Virus record (IMG/VR): IMGVR_UViG_3300031241_000001
DNA from: an uncultured virus (IMG/VR IMGVR_UViG_3300031241_000001)
Taxonomy: Duplodnaviria > Heunggongvirae > Uroviricota > Caudoviricetes
DNA length: 64,000 bases
Direction: 5' to 3' (one strand)
The translations under genes and the position numbers were made by a program. The notes under the pieces are model-generated. The model saw only the letters and a program-made list of their open reading frames with translations. It searched no databases and was not told the origin of the DNA. Positions 51,027-63,119 of the stretch are shown here, one piece after another. Numbering within the stretch: position 1 is the first letter of the stretch; the number at the start of each line of letters is the position of its first letter.

Positions 51027-53701
51027 GGTTACCGTGGGACCTCGGCGAGCGTCGCGTACGCGCCGCTTGAGGCATCAGTGCCCCAGGAGGCTTGGTGCTT
51101 CACGTCCTCGGCCTGTGCGATCTGCACCAGCGTGCGCGCGAAGCGCAGGTGCTGGTCCCACTCGGGGTACGAGGGCCCCGTGCTGGCGGCAGGTTTCCAC
51201 AGCACGCCGATGCCCGCGATCGTGTGTCGGACCGCAGTCAGCTCGGCGATCGTGTCGATCAGAGCCCGCGGCACCTCAAGCTTGTCCGCGAGGCACATCG
51301 AGAGGTGGTCCGAGTACCTGTTGTAGGGCGAGGCTGTCAGGAGCAAGCACCGCACGGGGGTCCCGCCAGAGATGGCGAGGCCGGAGAGGCTGCACGTCAT
51401 CGAGAAGTCACCCATCCGTTGGCTCCTTGCTCGACAGCTCCTCGTGGAGGCGGTCGGCGTCTTCTTTGCACTCGCGCTGCGTCGAACCAGATCCGACGAC
51501 GCACCAGGCGTTGGGCAGTCTCTTGAATTGCAACTCGTAGGATTCCGGGCGCATGAGCCCGCCGTAGACCGGCGTGATCCACCAGCGTCCGCAGTGCGAC
51601 TCCACGAAGTCGCCCGTCGCGCGTTTCCATCGGATCTTGTGCGCCTCGTCCGTCATCGTGGCTCGTCGGCGTCGGCGCTCGTGACCTCTGTGACCGTCAT
51701 GCTCGCGTACGCCTGGTCCACGATCGCCTCGTGCACGCGCGGCGCCGTGATCACCTCGTCCGGTGACGACAGCTCCAGCTCGAGCACGATCGAGACGCGG
51801 AGCTTCTTCCAGACCTTGGTGACGGAGCCCGACTGCGGCCTCATCGCGTCTCCGTCACGCATGTTCGCTTCGAGGCATACCAGTCCGCCTGCTCGCAGGC
51901 GGGGCCGGGCGAGGCACCGACAACCTCGCGCGTGACGAGGTCACCGGCCTCTTCGCGTCGCCACGCCCACTCCTTGGCGACCTCGCTGTCGGGCTTGCTG
52001 TGGAACATCGTCCAGCCGGTGCACGTCGGGCAGCGCGCCACGACGCACTCGTCGACGGGGTCGGCGGGCGCAGGGGCGCGCGTCCCGCAGTCATCGCACT
52101 CCACCTCGGGCGGGTCCTCGACGTCCCGCGTGTTGCGGGCCTTGCGCGACCACGAGGCGTGCGTGCACATCCGCGGCGGGCGACGGCCACTCACGTTCGG
52201 GGTCCAGGCGTCGGACGGCGCTCCCTGATCGCAGCCGCACGAGGCGTAGCCGAGCCGATGCGCCTCGCACAGCGCTGCTGCCGTGGCGAGGTTCGCGACG
52301 AGCGTGCGGAGTCCGCGGGGGTCAACGGTCACGGCGTCCCTCGCAACGTGCGCAGGAAGCCGCGGCCTGTCGTCGTGATCTCCCACACCGACGACCCCTC
52401 GCTGTGCTGGGTCTGCACGTGCCCTTGCTTGCGCATACGCCCGAGCAGCATCTGCGCTGCGTAGTGGCCTCCGCCGGTCGACGGGATCCTGCACTTGCCG
52501 TCCGGCCACACCGCCTGGCCCACCTCCCACGCGGCCGACGGTTTTGCTTCGAGGCACTCGAGCGCGAGCTGCGTCGGCCCTTTCGCACGCGGCGTGGTGA
52601 TCTCTTTGACGCCGGTCATTCGCTCTCGTTTCCTGGTTCACCGTCCGCGTCACGCCCTGGCGCGTGGTGGTTGTTCGGATCGTGAGGAACCTCGACGAGC
52701 TTGCGGGCGACGCGGTCGGCGTGCAGGGCGGCGCCGCACACGCACAGCTTCTTGCCGGTGCCCGCGATCGACCAGAGGTAGATCACGATGGAGGCGCCGC
52801 AGAACGGGCACGCTGCGACCACCGAGCTCTTGCCCATCGTGCGCACGCGATCGTGCGCTGTGTAGGGGCGTGCTTCCACGCGCTTCTGGATCACTTCGTC
52901 TCCTTGCTCAGGCGTTCGATCGTCGCGCGTACGCGCAGCCACCGAGAGCGCTCAGCACTCCCCTCGGCGTGGTCCATCGCGTGCCAGTGCGCCATCTCCA
53001 TCGCGATGGCGGTGGACCTGTAGCGGCGTAGCATGCCGCGTGCGACCGTCTCCTCTTCGCCGGGTTCCGCGGTGGTCTCCATGCGGTTGATCGCGTCCCA
53101 TACGTCCGCCTGGAAAGCGTGGAGCGCGGCGACTCCGGGGCTCGGTGCTGGGTGTCCGGTGCTCGCCTGGTAGGCGTTGACGTGGGAGGTCACAGCGCTC
53201 AGTCCTGCGGGATCGACGGGGGGTAGTTGCTCGTCCAGGAACACACCGATCCAGTGCTCGCACTGCGCGTCGAGGTCGGAGGGCTCTTCGTTCGCCACCT
53301 TCTCCGCGGCGAAGCGGACGGCCTTGCGCGCGAGCTGGTCGCAGATCCGCTGGTACTCCTCGATCGTCACGGCTTCCTCCACTCGCCCTCGCGGACGCTC
53401 TGAGCGGACGCCTTGTAGACGAGCCAGCGCTCCTGCGTGGTAATGAGGTTGTTGCAACGTCCGGAGTTCAGTAGCTCACGCTCCTTGACGGCCTGCGCGT
53501 CGAACCATGCGGCGATTCGCTCCTCGTCTGTCGGGCCATCTAGCATGACAGCGACGGCCGCCTCAAGCAGCTTCGCCTCGTGGTTGAACCTCCAGTTGCG
53601 GAGGACCGTCGCGAGCATGCTGATGACGCGGGGTACCGAGGTCCCGGTGGCGACGATCGTTTCGACGACTGTGGCGAGGCGCTCGTGCGGGTCGTTGGGG
53701 C

Positions 53702-54466
53702 TCACGACGCGGTCTCCAGCGGCTTGAGGAAGCGCACGAAGCGGCCCTCTGCGACGTTCGTGTTGTCTGTGGTGTCCAGGCCCTCGGACGGTTCACCGAA
53801 GCCGACGACCCGGCCTTCGTCACGCTTCTTCGAGGCGGGGGGTGCCGCTTCGCGCTGGATGGGGATCGTGATCAGGCGCGTGAAGTCGTAGGTCTCCATC
53901 GAGTTGAAGAGGACTTCGACGGCCTTCGCGTCTTGGGTGAGGCCCTCCCGATTGGCCTTCTCGATGGCGGCCTTGTCCGTGAGATCGATGCAGCGCTGCC
54001 ATGCCTCGCACTGCATGATGCTGGCGAACGCTTCGACCTCTCCGCAGATCTTGCGCATCGTGGCGGCGATGACGTCCTTGGTGTCGAGCTGCGTGGCGCT
54101 CAAGAACGCGCGCGTCGTCCGCTTGTACGGGTCGTCGGCCCCGATGTCCTTGGCGAGCTTGATCATCGGCGGCAGGACGCCGCGGGTCTGCGGGTACACG
54201 TTCAACACCGCGTGGTAGAGCCGCTTCCAGTCCATCAGCAGGTCGACGACGAGCGTGGCGACCTTGTCGTCGTCCTGGTTGTCGAGCACGCAGGTTCGGG
54301 GGTCGATGATCTCGAGGCCCCAGCCGCCGCTCTCCAAGAGCTTGTCGACGTGCTTGTGCAGCGTGACGACGAAGCCGATGGGGTAGAGCCGCCCGCTCTC
54401 GCGCAGGATCGCCTTCCCCCCTTCGAGGAAGTGGTCCTGCATGCGCTTGAGGTCGTCTCCGGTCAC
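53702..54466 (-). CDS. Hypothetical protein
   Basis: GTGA-coupled; typical codon bias. Confidence 0.65.
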   Translation of the reverse strand: MTGDDLKRMQDHFLEGGKAILRESGRLYPIGFVVTLHKHVDKLLESGGWGLEIIDPRTCVLDNQDDDKVATLVVDLLMDWKRLYHAVLNVYPQTRGVLPPMIKLAKDIGADDPYKRTTRAFLSATQLDTKDVIAATMRKICGEVEAFASIMQCEAWQRCIDLTDKAAIEKANREGLTQDAKAVEVLFNSMETYDFTRLITIPIQREAAPPASKKRDEGRVVGFGEPSEGLDTTDNTNVAEGRFVRFLKPLETAS

Positions 54467-54858
54467 GCGCGCCTCGCAGCGTGTTGCTCGTTGTCGCGCT
54501 TGAGCCGCCGGACCCGCGCGCGCACGCGGCGGTCGTGCCGGGCCGCATCCCCGGTGTCCCGGGCAACCCGCGCGTGCCCGGCGGTGGTGAGCGAGAGCTC
54601 TGCGTCGACGCGGGCGTGCGTCAGGTGCTGGAGCATTCCGACGAGTTGCTCGATGAACTCCAGCGCGCAGGTCTCGCACAGGTGCAGGAGCGGGCGTGAC
54701 TTCACCTCGTAGGCGGACCCGTCGCGCTTGGTGCGCCGCATGACTTGGACGCGCGCGGAGTGGTCGCGGCAGTCCATGCACGGCCTGTTGCTGTCCGGCG
54801 TACCGACGATCCAGAGGAGACCACGGTTGACGCGGCGGAGCTTGCGAAGGGACATGGG

Positions 54859-55272
54859 TCAGGCTTCCTTCTTCTTGGGGAACAGGTCGTCGAAGATGTT
54901 GGGGACGTCGAGCGTCGCGAGCGCGGCGCGCCCGGCGGCGGTCAAGACCCGTCCGCTGGGGCCGCCGCGAAGGAGACCCTTGTGCTCCAGCGCGTGGCGC
55001 GTCTTGCCGTGGACCTGGACCGTGGCGTGCTGCTCGCGATTTCGGAAGTGACGGAGCGATCGGCGCTCGTTGTCGGTGAGGCGCACAAGCGTTCCGAGGA
55101 GGGCGGCCCGGCCTGCGGCGGTCAAGGACCACTGGTTGTAACGGTCGGGACCCCGGAGGAAGCCCTTGTGCTCAAGAGCGCGGCGCTCTTCGCGAGGTAC
55201 GCGGGCCGTCGCGATGGCGGCCTCGTCGCGGAACAGCTCTAGGGCGTCGTGCTCCTTCGTGGTGAGCCTCAT
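54859..55272 (-). CDS. Tandem duplicated winged-helix-like protein
   Basis: Two copies of RLT..E...L..FR...ALEHKG.LRG...LTAAGRAAL. Confidence 0.7.
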   Translation of the reverse strand: MRLTTKEHDALELFRDEAAIATARVPREERRALEHKGFLRGPDRYNQWSLTAAGRAALLGTLVRLTDNERRSLRHFRNREQHATVQVHGKTRHALEHKGLLRGGPSGRVLTAAGRAALATLDVPNIFDDLFPKKKEA

Positions 55273-56009
55273 GACCACTCGATCTTGTCGGCGAGCTTGC
55301 GAAGGAAGGCGCCTGCTTCAGCGCGGTCGTTGGTCTCCTCTTCGACGGACAGGCCGAGGTCGTCGGTGGTCACGACTGCCCCTTCCAGGGCCAGCGGCCC
55401 AGCTCGACCGACCAGTTCGGCGGCGGGAAGCGGTCGCCCGGCGCTCGCGGGCCGTCGTATTCGCGGTTGAAGCGCCACTCGCCGACGCCCGGCGCCCACG
55501 CGGCCTCGACCACGGCTTTCGCGGCGTGATCGCTGTCGGCGCGTACGAGCGCGACAACCGTGCAGTAGGCGTCCGCGCCGTTGCCGCCGCCCAGGCCCGT
55601 CTCCCAGAAGGCCAGGACTTCCGGCGGGGGCGGCCACGCGACGGGACGGCTGTCGGGCTCGTGCTCGGCGTTGCCGTGCTGCGCCCACGAGACCCAGCGG
55701 AGGTTGTCGGTTATTGGCGTCGTCATAGGCTGCTTCCTTCTTTGAACGGCAGGAGTTTGAATTCTGTTGGCAGCTGTCGGTACAGGCGCTCGAAGGTGCT
55801 CGACTGCGCGAGCACGCAGAACTCGGAACCTTGCGCGCACTGGATCGACAGGACAGTCCTCGCGCCACCGCGCCCCTCGATCGTGATCGTCCCGGTGGAG
55901 CGATCCACGATCTTCGGCAGCATGAAGGGGTAGTCGGCGTTCATGGACATGCCGTCAGGGAGGGCGTGCGTGGCCTCGGTGAACGTACGAACGTACTTGC
56001 CGACGAGCG

Positions 56010-56570
56010 TCATCGGTCCGCCTGTGACGCGCGTGGGAACGACAGCGGCAGGTCCAGGATGCTCTCCAGGAGGTCGCACTGGTCGTTCAGACTCTGGCAG
56101 CGCAGGCTCACGTTGCCGACGTAGGTCTTCTTGAGGTCGAAGATCTCGCTACGGATCGCCTGAAGCTTGGTGAGCAGGCGCTTCATCACAAGGCGCTCGT
56201 CCGCGGGGGCGGTCACGGGTGCCATCTCCGTGGCGCTGCCTTCCCCGCACGGGCCTCGCTTGATGAAGAGATCGTCGAGGGCACGCCCTAGCTTGAAGCG
56301 CAGGTATCCCTCGACCGCGAGCGCGACCCCGCGCGTGAGGACGTTGACCGGTGGATCCTCGTGAGGGGCTTCGCTGCTTGGCTTGTTCACGGGTGTGTAG
56401 AGACCGGCGACGAGGTCAGCGCCGACACACCAGCAACCGCGCAGAAACGACAGCTTCGGCCCCGGATCGAGGCGCCCGTTGGCGTCGTACCAGGTGATTC
56501 GCACCTCGCCGGACCAATCACCGTTGTGGCTGAGGATGATCCCGTTCGGCTTGTCGTCGATGCAGTGCAT
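56010..56570 (-). CDS. Hypothetical protein, paralog A
   Basis: HCIDD..IILSHNGDWSG..GADLVAG..TRGVALAVE. Confidence 0.7.
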   Translation of the reverse strand: MHCIDDKPNGIILSHNGDWSGEVRITWYDANGRLDPGPKLSFLRGCWCVGADLVAGLYTPVNKPSSEAPHEDPPVNVLTRGVALAVEGYLRFKLGRALDDLFIKRGPCGEGSATEMAPVTAPADERLVMKRLLTKLQAIRSEIFDLKKTYVGNVSLRCQSLNDQCDLLESILDLPLSFPRASQADR

Positions 56571-56885
56571 CTACTCCTCGATTCCACGCAGCGTGTCTTG
56601 GGCAGGAACGAGATCTTCGAGATCTTCGATGGCGCTCTCCAGCGTGCGACGTAGATACCTCTCGACGGCGAGCGCGACCGCGCGCGTGATGACGTCGATC
56701 GGCGGCTCAGCCCCGGCGGTGAGTGTGAAGCGGCCGGCGATGAGGTCCGCGCCGTCGCAATGACACTCGCGCCATGGCTGCGCCTTGTGCGTGCTGTCGC
56801 CCCACCAGGTAATAAGGACGTCACCACTCCAGTCGGAATTGTGGTTGAGAATGATCTTGTTCGCCGAATCGTCGATGGTGTGCAC
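56571..56885 (-). CDS. Hypothetical protein, paralog B
   Basis: HTIDD..IILNHNSDWSG..GADLIAG..TRAVALAVE. Confidence 0.7.
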   Translation of the reverse strand: MHTIDDSANKIILNHNSDWSGDVLITWWGDSTHKAQPWRECHCDGADLIAGRFTLTAGAEPPIDVITRAVALAVERYLRRTLESAIEDLEDLVPAQDTLRGIEE

Positions 56886-57802
56886 GGTCAGTCCCCCTCG
56901 CGGCTGCTGAACGCTGGGACGGACTTCGCCACGCGTGCCAACGCGCTTGCCGCGGAGATGATGGATTATCGCTCGTAGGTCGTCGATCGAGAGCTGGCTC
57001 AGTTCAGTGCGCCGAGCACTCATTTGCGCTGGTGTTGGCGCTTCGAGTTCGAGGATTGTGCGCGAGAGATCAGTGCGTAGTTTGCGCTCTAGATCTCTCA
57101 TACGCGGTGTCCTCTGACGCTCGTGACGATCTCCTTCATGACAGTCCCGACTCCTGCGTCTGCGTGAGCACGTAGACGACCGCGTACGCGAGGTACCGCG
57201 CATCGTTCTCCTGGCCAAGCTTGACGTTGATCGTCGCTAGGTTCGGCTCGATCACGAGGGCCTGGATCTTTGCCACGGCACGGTCGCCGTAGACCTTGAA
57301 CAGGTTGTCCGCCTCGTAGATCTGCGCCGCAGTCAGGAACTGCGGCAGCGCCATGGTCTTCACGACGAACCTCCGGTTGGGGTCTTCGGTACGCCCCCGT
57401 GCGCGACTGCTCCTTGCCTTTGTCCCAACACGTGGCGCCCTAGGGGCCCGGCGCTTCTTGCTGTCGCGGCGCTTCTTGCCGTCGCGGCGCATCAAGATTG
57501 TCGCGTCTGGATACGCCTTGAGAAGCTCACGCAGCACCTCGACTGGATTGCTGACTCCAAAGATGCCGATCAGACGCTCACCCGGATGCGCCGCGAACTG
57601 CTCTTCCGGCGTGGCGGAAAAACCGCCTGATGGGTTCGAGACCTCGAAGCTGACGAAGAGATCATCGTGGAAGCCGTATTCGATACGGCTCGGTAGGAGT
57701 CGCATGAGCCGTTCATTCAGCTTGAGCCCGAGCTTCGCTGTGACGTTCGCCGGCATGGCCTTCTCCCTGCGCTCGGTTCGTTCCTTCGTGCTTCGTGCTC
57801 GG

Positions 57803-58708
57803 TTACTTCAAGGCGTTGCGGATCTTCTTGATCGCGGCCCAGAGGTCGTCCTTGGTGGCGTTGGTGTTCTCGTCGAGCTTGTCGAGGATCTCGCCCACCT
57901 TCTTGACCCGGGTCGACGGCGTCGCGAGCGGCGCCTTGCCGCTCGCCTCGCGGATCTTGGCCTTCACGTCGCGCGTCGTCGGGGCCTTGCCGCCGCCTGC
58001 GGCCAGGAGCCCGGTGAGCTGCTTCTCCTGCTCGGCCTCCGACAGCGCCGCCAGCTCGATCCCGCCGGTCGGCTTGAGGTCGCCCGTCATGATGGCCTTC
58101 CGCGCGGCCGGCCCGAGGTCGAGCAGCTTGAGGATGTCCCGGAACTGGTAGACGCTGAGGCCCATGATGACGGCGGCCTCGTCATCGGGGTACTGCTGCT
58201 TCAGCTCGTACGCCTGCTGCGCGCGGGCGAGCGGGCTCTGCTCGCGGCGGTGCGAGTTCTCACCGAGCTTGAGCGCCAGCATCTGGCGCGCGTCGCCCTG
58301 GACGATGCTCACAGGCAGGAACCAGGGCGCCAAGCCGTCGGCGACGCGACGCTTGTTGGCCTCGCGCAGCTGCCGCGTGCGCCCGCGGCCCGCCACGATC
58401 ACGAGCTTGTCGCCGTCGCGCTTGGCGAGCACGTTCTGGATGATCCCGTACTTGTACGTGAACAGGACGTCCGCCTCCAGCACCGGAGCTTTGTTGCTCG
58501 CCTCGTCGTAGCCCCAGTGCGAAGGGCCGTCGTCGGTGTCGATGCCGATGATGAGGACCGCGTGCGGGTCGTACATCTTCACTTCTTTGCGGGGGGCGTT
58601 GTCGGCGCGCTTGCTGTGCGTCTTCGTCTTCGTCATGAGCGTTTCCTTGAGGGAGGTGACGAGAGCGGCGCTCTCGGCGAGGGGGGACGTTGCGGAGGTG
58701 TCGGTCAT
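57803..58708 (-). CDS. ParB/Spo0J-like protein
   Basis: GIIQNV, IVAGRGR, EN.HR..QSPL..A, HTH-like segment; alternative start at 58636. Confidence 0.7.
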   Translation of the reverse strand: MTDTSATSPLAESAALVTSLKETLMTKTKTHSKRADNAPRKEVKMYDPHAVLIIGIDTDDGPSHWGYDEASNKAPVLEADVLFTYKYGIIQNVLAKRDGDKLVIVAGRGRTRQLREANKRRVADGLAPWFLPVSIVQGDARQMLALKLGENSHRREQSPLARAQQAYELKQQYPDDEAAVIMGLSVYQFRDILKLLDLGPAARKAIMTGDLKPTGGIELAALSEAEQEKQLTGLLAAGGGKAPTTRDVKAKIREASGKAPLATPSTRVKKVGEILDKLDENTNATKDDLWAAIKKIRNALK

Positions 58709-58718
58709 GCTGGTTCTT

Positions 58719-58809
58719 AGAGCAGCTCTCGTGCCGACGCCGGCGACCTGTGGATTGGGACTGCACCGTCGTAAGCCTGCGGGCCCCAAGCCTGGGTGGG
58801 CGCGCACCC
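58719..58809 (-). promoter_or_regulatory. sigma54-like promoter with upstream box (copy 2)
   Basis: - strand CGGCACG-AGAG-CTGCTCT 10 nt before ATG 58708; box GGGTGCGCGCCCACCCA at 58793-58809. Confidence 0.65.
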
Positions 58810-59104
58810 GTGAGCTCGCGTTTCACACGTCGCGGTGCACGGGACACGGGTGCTGGGGTACCCGGAGATCACAAGGCCCTCCTCCCGCAGAGCGGCGTGT
58901 AGTCCCCCCTCGCGTATCGATCGCAGCGCTTGACCGCCTCGTAGGCTTCGAGACTGCCGCGCTCTCCGCGGAGGACGCGCTGGACGTCGTCGAGGACACC
59001 GGTGACGCAGGCGGGGACGTGGTCATCCGCGCTGCGCGAGACGTTGCACGGTGTGCACGCGCAGTGCCTCGTGAACAGGTCGCGCAGGTCTTGGTGAGTC
59101 CGGA

Positions 59105-60217
59105 TCACGCATCCTCCAGGAGCGCGGCACCCGCCGCCGAGACCTCGTAGTGGACGCTTCCTTGGTCGTTGGTCTCGTTCACGAGGCCACGGCGGACGAG
59201 GGCGAGCAGCGTGGCACGGTTGCCCCACAGACCCCACTGACGGCTCTTGATGCCCAGCAGCACGCGCCGCATCTCGTCGGTGATCTTGGGACGTGGTGGC
59301 GCGAGTTCCCTGAGACCCCGGCGGTAGCGGAAGGGCATTCTCGTGCGATCGACCTCGACAAGGTCTTCGTAATGGAGGTGCGACAGCGCGACAGAGACGG
59401 TGCTGGACTTGACCGGTATCCCGCGCTCGGCGGCGATCTGCACGATCGCGTTCGTTGTGAGCCACGGGAAGTCTCGCGGGTGGCTGATGATCTCCAGCAC
59501 GAGGGCCGTCGTTGTACCGGCACGCGGCGGTGGGCGACCAGGCTTGGGGTCCCGCCGCTGGGGGGCCGCCGTGAGCGCGGCCTTGTGCGCGATGTCTGCG
59601 GAAGCGTAGCGGCGGGGGTCGCCGTTCTGCCTCCGCAGCGGTTTGCCGTCGACGTACGCAAGCCACCGCTCTCCGTCGTGCCCCGCAGCGTCGTCGTAGA
59701 CTACGGCCACGCGGGCACAGGGTTCTTTGTAACCAGCAGGGGTCCAGTGGACACCCGCGTAGCGGCGATGCCCCTCATCACACAACGCGCAGCGGGTGGC
59801 TTCCGCGTCGTCGGAGTCGACCTGCGCGAGCGCCGCTTCGGCTGAGGCGAGCGCCGTCATGACGTTCTCGCCCGATACCTTCCACTCCGGTACGTGGTCG
59901 CACAGGTTGAGCCCGGGGGAGCCGCTGCGGTGGTCGAGGCTGTAGCCGTCAAGGCCGATGAGCGTGCCGAACCCGTAGCGTGCGGCGAACTGCCCGAGCC
60001 CGAGCGTGAAGTGGGGATCGCGCTCGTAGGTCGCGTCCCAGAACTCGATCAGCGGCTCTGCGCTGTCGTGTTCGATGTGAGCGTCACGCCCGTAGCGGTC
60101 GCCCTCACGCACGAGACGAACGTTGAAGGCGCGTCCGTCGTTGTTGATGACGCGCGTGATGATCACCGGAGCAAGGATCGCCACGATAGGAACTCCTTGG
60201 TGTGGGAGTGTGGACAT
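59105..60217 (-). CDS. Multidomain hypothetical protein with C-terminal winged-HTH-like domains
   Basis: TTNAIVQIA..STVSVALSHL...; LLALVRRGLV..SAAG. Confidence 0.55.
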   Translation of the reverse strand: MSTLPHQGVPIVAILAPVIITRVINNDGRAFNVRLVREGDRYGRDAHIEHDSAEPLIEFWDATYERDPHFTLGLGQFAARYGFGTLIGLDGYSLDHRSGSPGLNLCDHVPEWKVSGENVMTALASAEAALAQVDSDDAEATRCALCDEGHRRYAGVHWTPAGYKEPCARVAVVYDDAAGHDGERWLAYVDGKPLRRQNGDPRRYASADIAHKAALTAAPQRRDPKPGRPPPRAGTTTALVLEIISHPRDFPWLTTNAIVQIAAERGIPVKSSTVSVALSHLHYEDLVEVDRTRMPFRYRRGLRELAPPRPKITDEMRRVLLGIKSRQWGLWGNRATLLALVRRGLVNETNDQGSVHYEVSAAGAALLEDA

Positions 60218-62680
60218 TACGGACGCACCGTCTCGACGTAGTGCATCTCGGTAAAAACGGCGTGGTGACCGCCAACGCGCCAGCGCACGATGCCGTCGAC
60301 GATCGACCGCTTCGCCGCGGAGACGACCTGCCCGTGCCGTGAAGTCAGGTCGAAGTCCGCCGCGAGCGGTTCGAGGGCGCGCTCGAACAACGCTCGTGGG
60401 GCAGTCCAGTGACCGCCGGACGGTTCGTCCGACGGCTGCCAGCGGCAGGCGCGGAGCTTGCCCTCTTTGCACGAGGGATCGAGCACGATGGCGACCTTGA
60501 ACGTCTTGCACGCGCGGTCACGGCAGATTTGTCCTGGGGAGATCATGGGCGGTGGTCCTCGCGAGTCACAGGAGCTTGTACTTGTTGTTCCGCATCTCGA
60601 CCCAGCCGTGCAGGCTGGTTGAGAGGGCGTCGTGGACGTCGTAGATGGACGCTCCGATGTGGTGGGCGATCTCGCTGAGGGTGAGGGGCTGCTTCGCGCT
60701 CTTGAGCGCGCTCTTGATGCTGCGGCCGAGTTTGTTCAGCTCGTCGACGTCCATCACGAGCGGGGGCCCCCATGATTTGAGTCCTTCGCTCGCGCTTCCT
60801 TCGTGGCGCGGCGGCACGCCGCGCACGGCGGGTCCCCGACTGACTTGTAGACGTGGAAGAACTTGGACTTGAGGCGGTGTCGATCGCAGCGCTCGCGTGC
60901 TGTCTCACGCTTCGGGCGCTTGCGCTTGGGCCTGGTTGTCATGACGGGGTCACTCCGACGGGGTTGCGGATGAGGTCGATCACCTTGTGTGCACACTCCT
61001 CGACCATGGCGGTCAGCTCGCTCATGGGCTTCAGCGCGTCGTCGCGGTAGAGCGTGGTCGACTGCCATTTGCGGATCGGGGTGGTCCACCGGTCGTCATC
61101 GTCATCGCCCACGAGCTTGTACTCGCCGACGAAGAACTCGCCGTCCATCGCGGTGACCACGACCTCGCGATCGTCGGTCGTGAACACGAGGGCCGCGCAC
61201 ATGCCGCCGGTCTGCTCCAGCGCCCAGCCGAACGGACCTTCCCAGTCCATCTCGGACGCCTTGAAGCCGACCTGCTGGATCAGGGCGACGTCGTCGCGCA
61301 CCCAGCACTCGCGGTGGCAAGTGGCGCACACGCCAATCAAGTGCCCTTCGGGGCGCTCGACCTCGGCGGTGAGGTCCATCGCGGTGAGGGTCTGGAGGCG
61401 CTTGGCGTAGTGCTGCTCGCGGGGGCTGTCCTTGAGCGCCGCGTAGTCGCACTCGACGCAGAGCACCAGCGACCACGGCGTCCACACGCCATGGAGGGCC
61501 TTGCTGTTGTCGAGCGTCACCGGGCGCTCCGAACGAAGTCGCGGGCGTCACGGGCGGCCGGGTGGTCCCAGCCGAGCAGCCCTTCGATCGAGGCGACGAA
61601 GTGATCCCGACGGACATTCCGAAAGCTCGGGCCTCCACCGCAGTACGCCCAGTTGCAGCGCCCATCGGTGGTCAGGCACAGGATCGCTGCACCGCCGTGC
61701 CAGTTGATCCTCAGCACAGCGGCACCTCCGCCTTCTTCGCCATCTCGTCGCGCCAGGCGATCACCTGACAGGACACCTCGTCGAGCGATCCGCTGAACGG
61801 GTACGCCTCGCAGATGAGCTGGTTGATCTCCGAGTCCGCCGCCAACTCGCAGATTTCGTCCATGAGCCGCGCGATCTGGAGAGCCTTGAGGACGACGGCT
61901 TGAGCCTTTGTTTTGTCCATGTCCTTCGACATGAGCAACGCGCGTGCCGACTCCGCCTCGCAGTGCTCACGAAGCGCCGTCGCTGTGCGCTCAAAAAACG
62001 TCGATAACAACAAGCTCGGTAGGAGCGCCTTATCGGGCACTACCGTCTCTTTGAGCGATCTTTGGGCGTGCCGATTGCAGTGCGTGATCACGTAGCGCTG
62101 CCAGTGCGCGACCACGCGGTCGGCCGAGCTGCGCGTGGCGTTGATGCGTAACACGCCGTGGAAGCTGCCGTGAAACACGACGCATTTGCCACGTAGCTTG
62201 GCGGTGAGCGGTGAGTCCTCGTTAAACGTCCACACGAGGGCCTTCTCGTCGACGGTGATTACGCCGTCGTCACGGGTGCCAAGACGCGAGTCGCTGAAGG
62301 GGGACGCGGTCACGACGCGCCCCCGTACTTCTTCGCGTAGCGCTTGCCCTGCTGGACGAGTGCCTTGCGCGCGTGCGCGAGAGCCTCTTCGCGGGTCGCG
62401 TACCAGGTCTGAGCAGAGAATGCTCCGAACCCTTGACCGTCGCGGGTCGCGATGAGCTGGACGCTGAACGGTTTGGCGCTGAAGATCAGGCGCGCCGTGC
62501 CGTGATCGATCGTGCGCCCCAGCATGTGCGGGGGGACTTCCTCGACACACGCCCAACCGTGAACCTTGCGGCGCTTCTCGTCGACCAGCGGCGTCCACTC
62601 GGCGTCGAGGCGCTCGCGCTTGACCTCCCAGGTGTCGTGGCCGAAGCGGTGGACCGACGATCCGAGAGCGACGGGCTCCT

Positions 62681-62854
62681 TCATGCCTTGCTCCCCGCCA
62701 GCGTGATCCGACGCGCCGCTTCGTTGAGGCGGTTCCGCACGTCGGTCTCCTCGCCGCTGCCCAGCTCGCGAATGAAGGTGGCGACGTCGTCGAACCGCAG
62801 GTACCGCACGCCGTGGGCCACGACGATGCGGAACTTGAACTGGGGGTCGCTCAT
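62681..62854 (-). CDS. Small hypothetical protein, first gene of a minus-strand operon
   Basis: ATG directly downstream of sigma54-like promoter copy 3. Confidence 0.55.
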   Translation of the reverse strand: MSDPQFKFRIVVAHGVRYLRFDDVATFIRELGSGEETDVRNRLNEAARRITLAGSKA

Positions 62855-62865
62855 GTGTGGGGGTA

Positions 62866-62935
62866 AGAGCAGCTCGCGTGCCGTGAGCGGTGTTGCGCAA
62901 GTGGCTGAGGGCAAACCCTGGGTGGGAGCGCACCC
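62866..62935 (-). promoter_or_regulatory. sigma54-like promoter with upstream box (copy 3)
   Basis: - strand CGGCACG-CGAG-CTGCTCT 11 nt before ATG 62854; box GGGTGCGCTCCCACCCA at 62919-62935. Confidence 0.65.
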
Positions 62936-63119
62936 GTCTCCACGCGGTCGCGGATCGTGAGGACCGCGGGGTGCTCGAGACACGGGTAGGGGGTCACCCA
63001 GGACCTGCCGGATTGCCGACGAGCTTCGTCGATCGATCGGGTTATCGATGTAGATCAACACGGGGCGCACGCTCGCTCGGGTGCAAGTGATAGCAGAACG
63101 AGTGCAAGCGTGGGTAGGG

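Noticed and set aside
62905..62940. AGGGCAAACC...GTGGGA resemblance to a c-di-GMP-I riboswitch
   Set aside because: No GNRA loop or second stem, wrong strand for the downstream genes, and better explained as the shared upstream box
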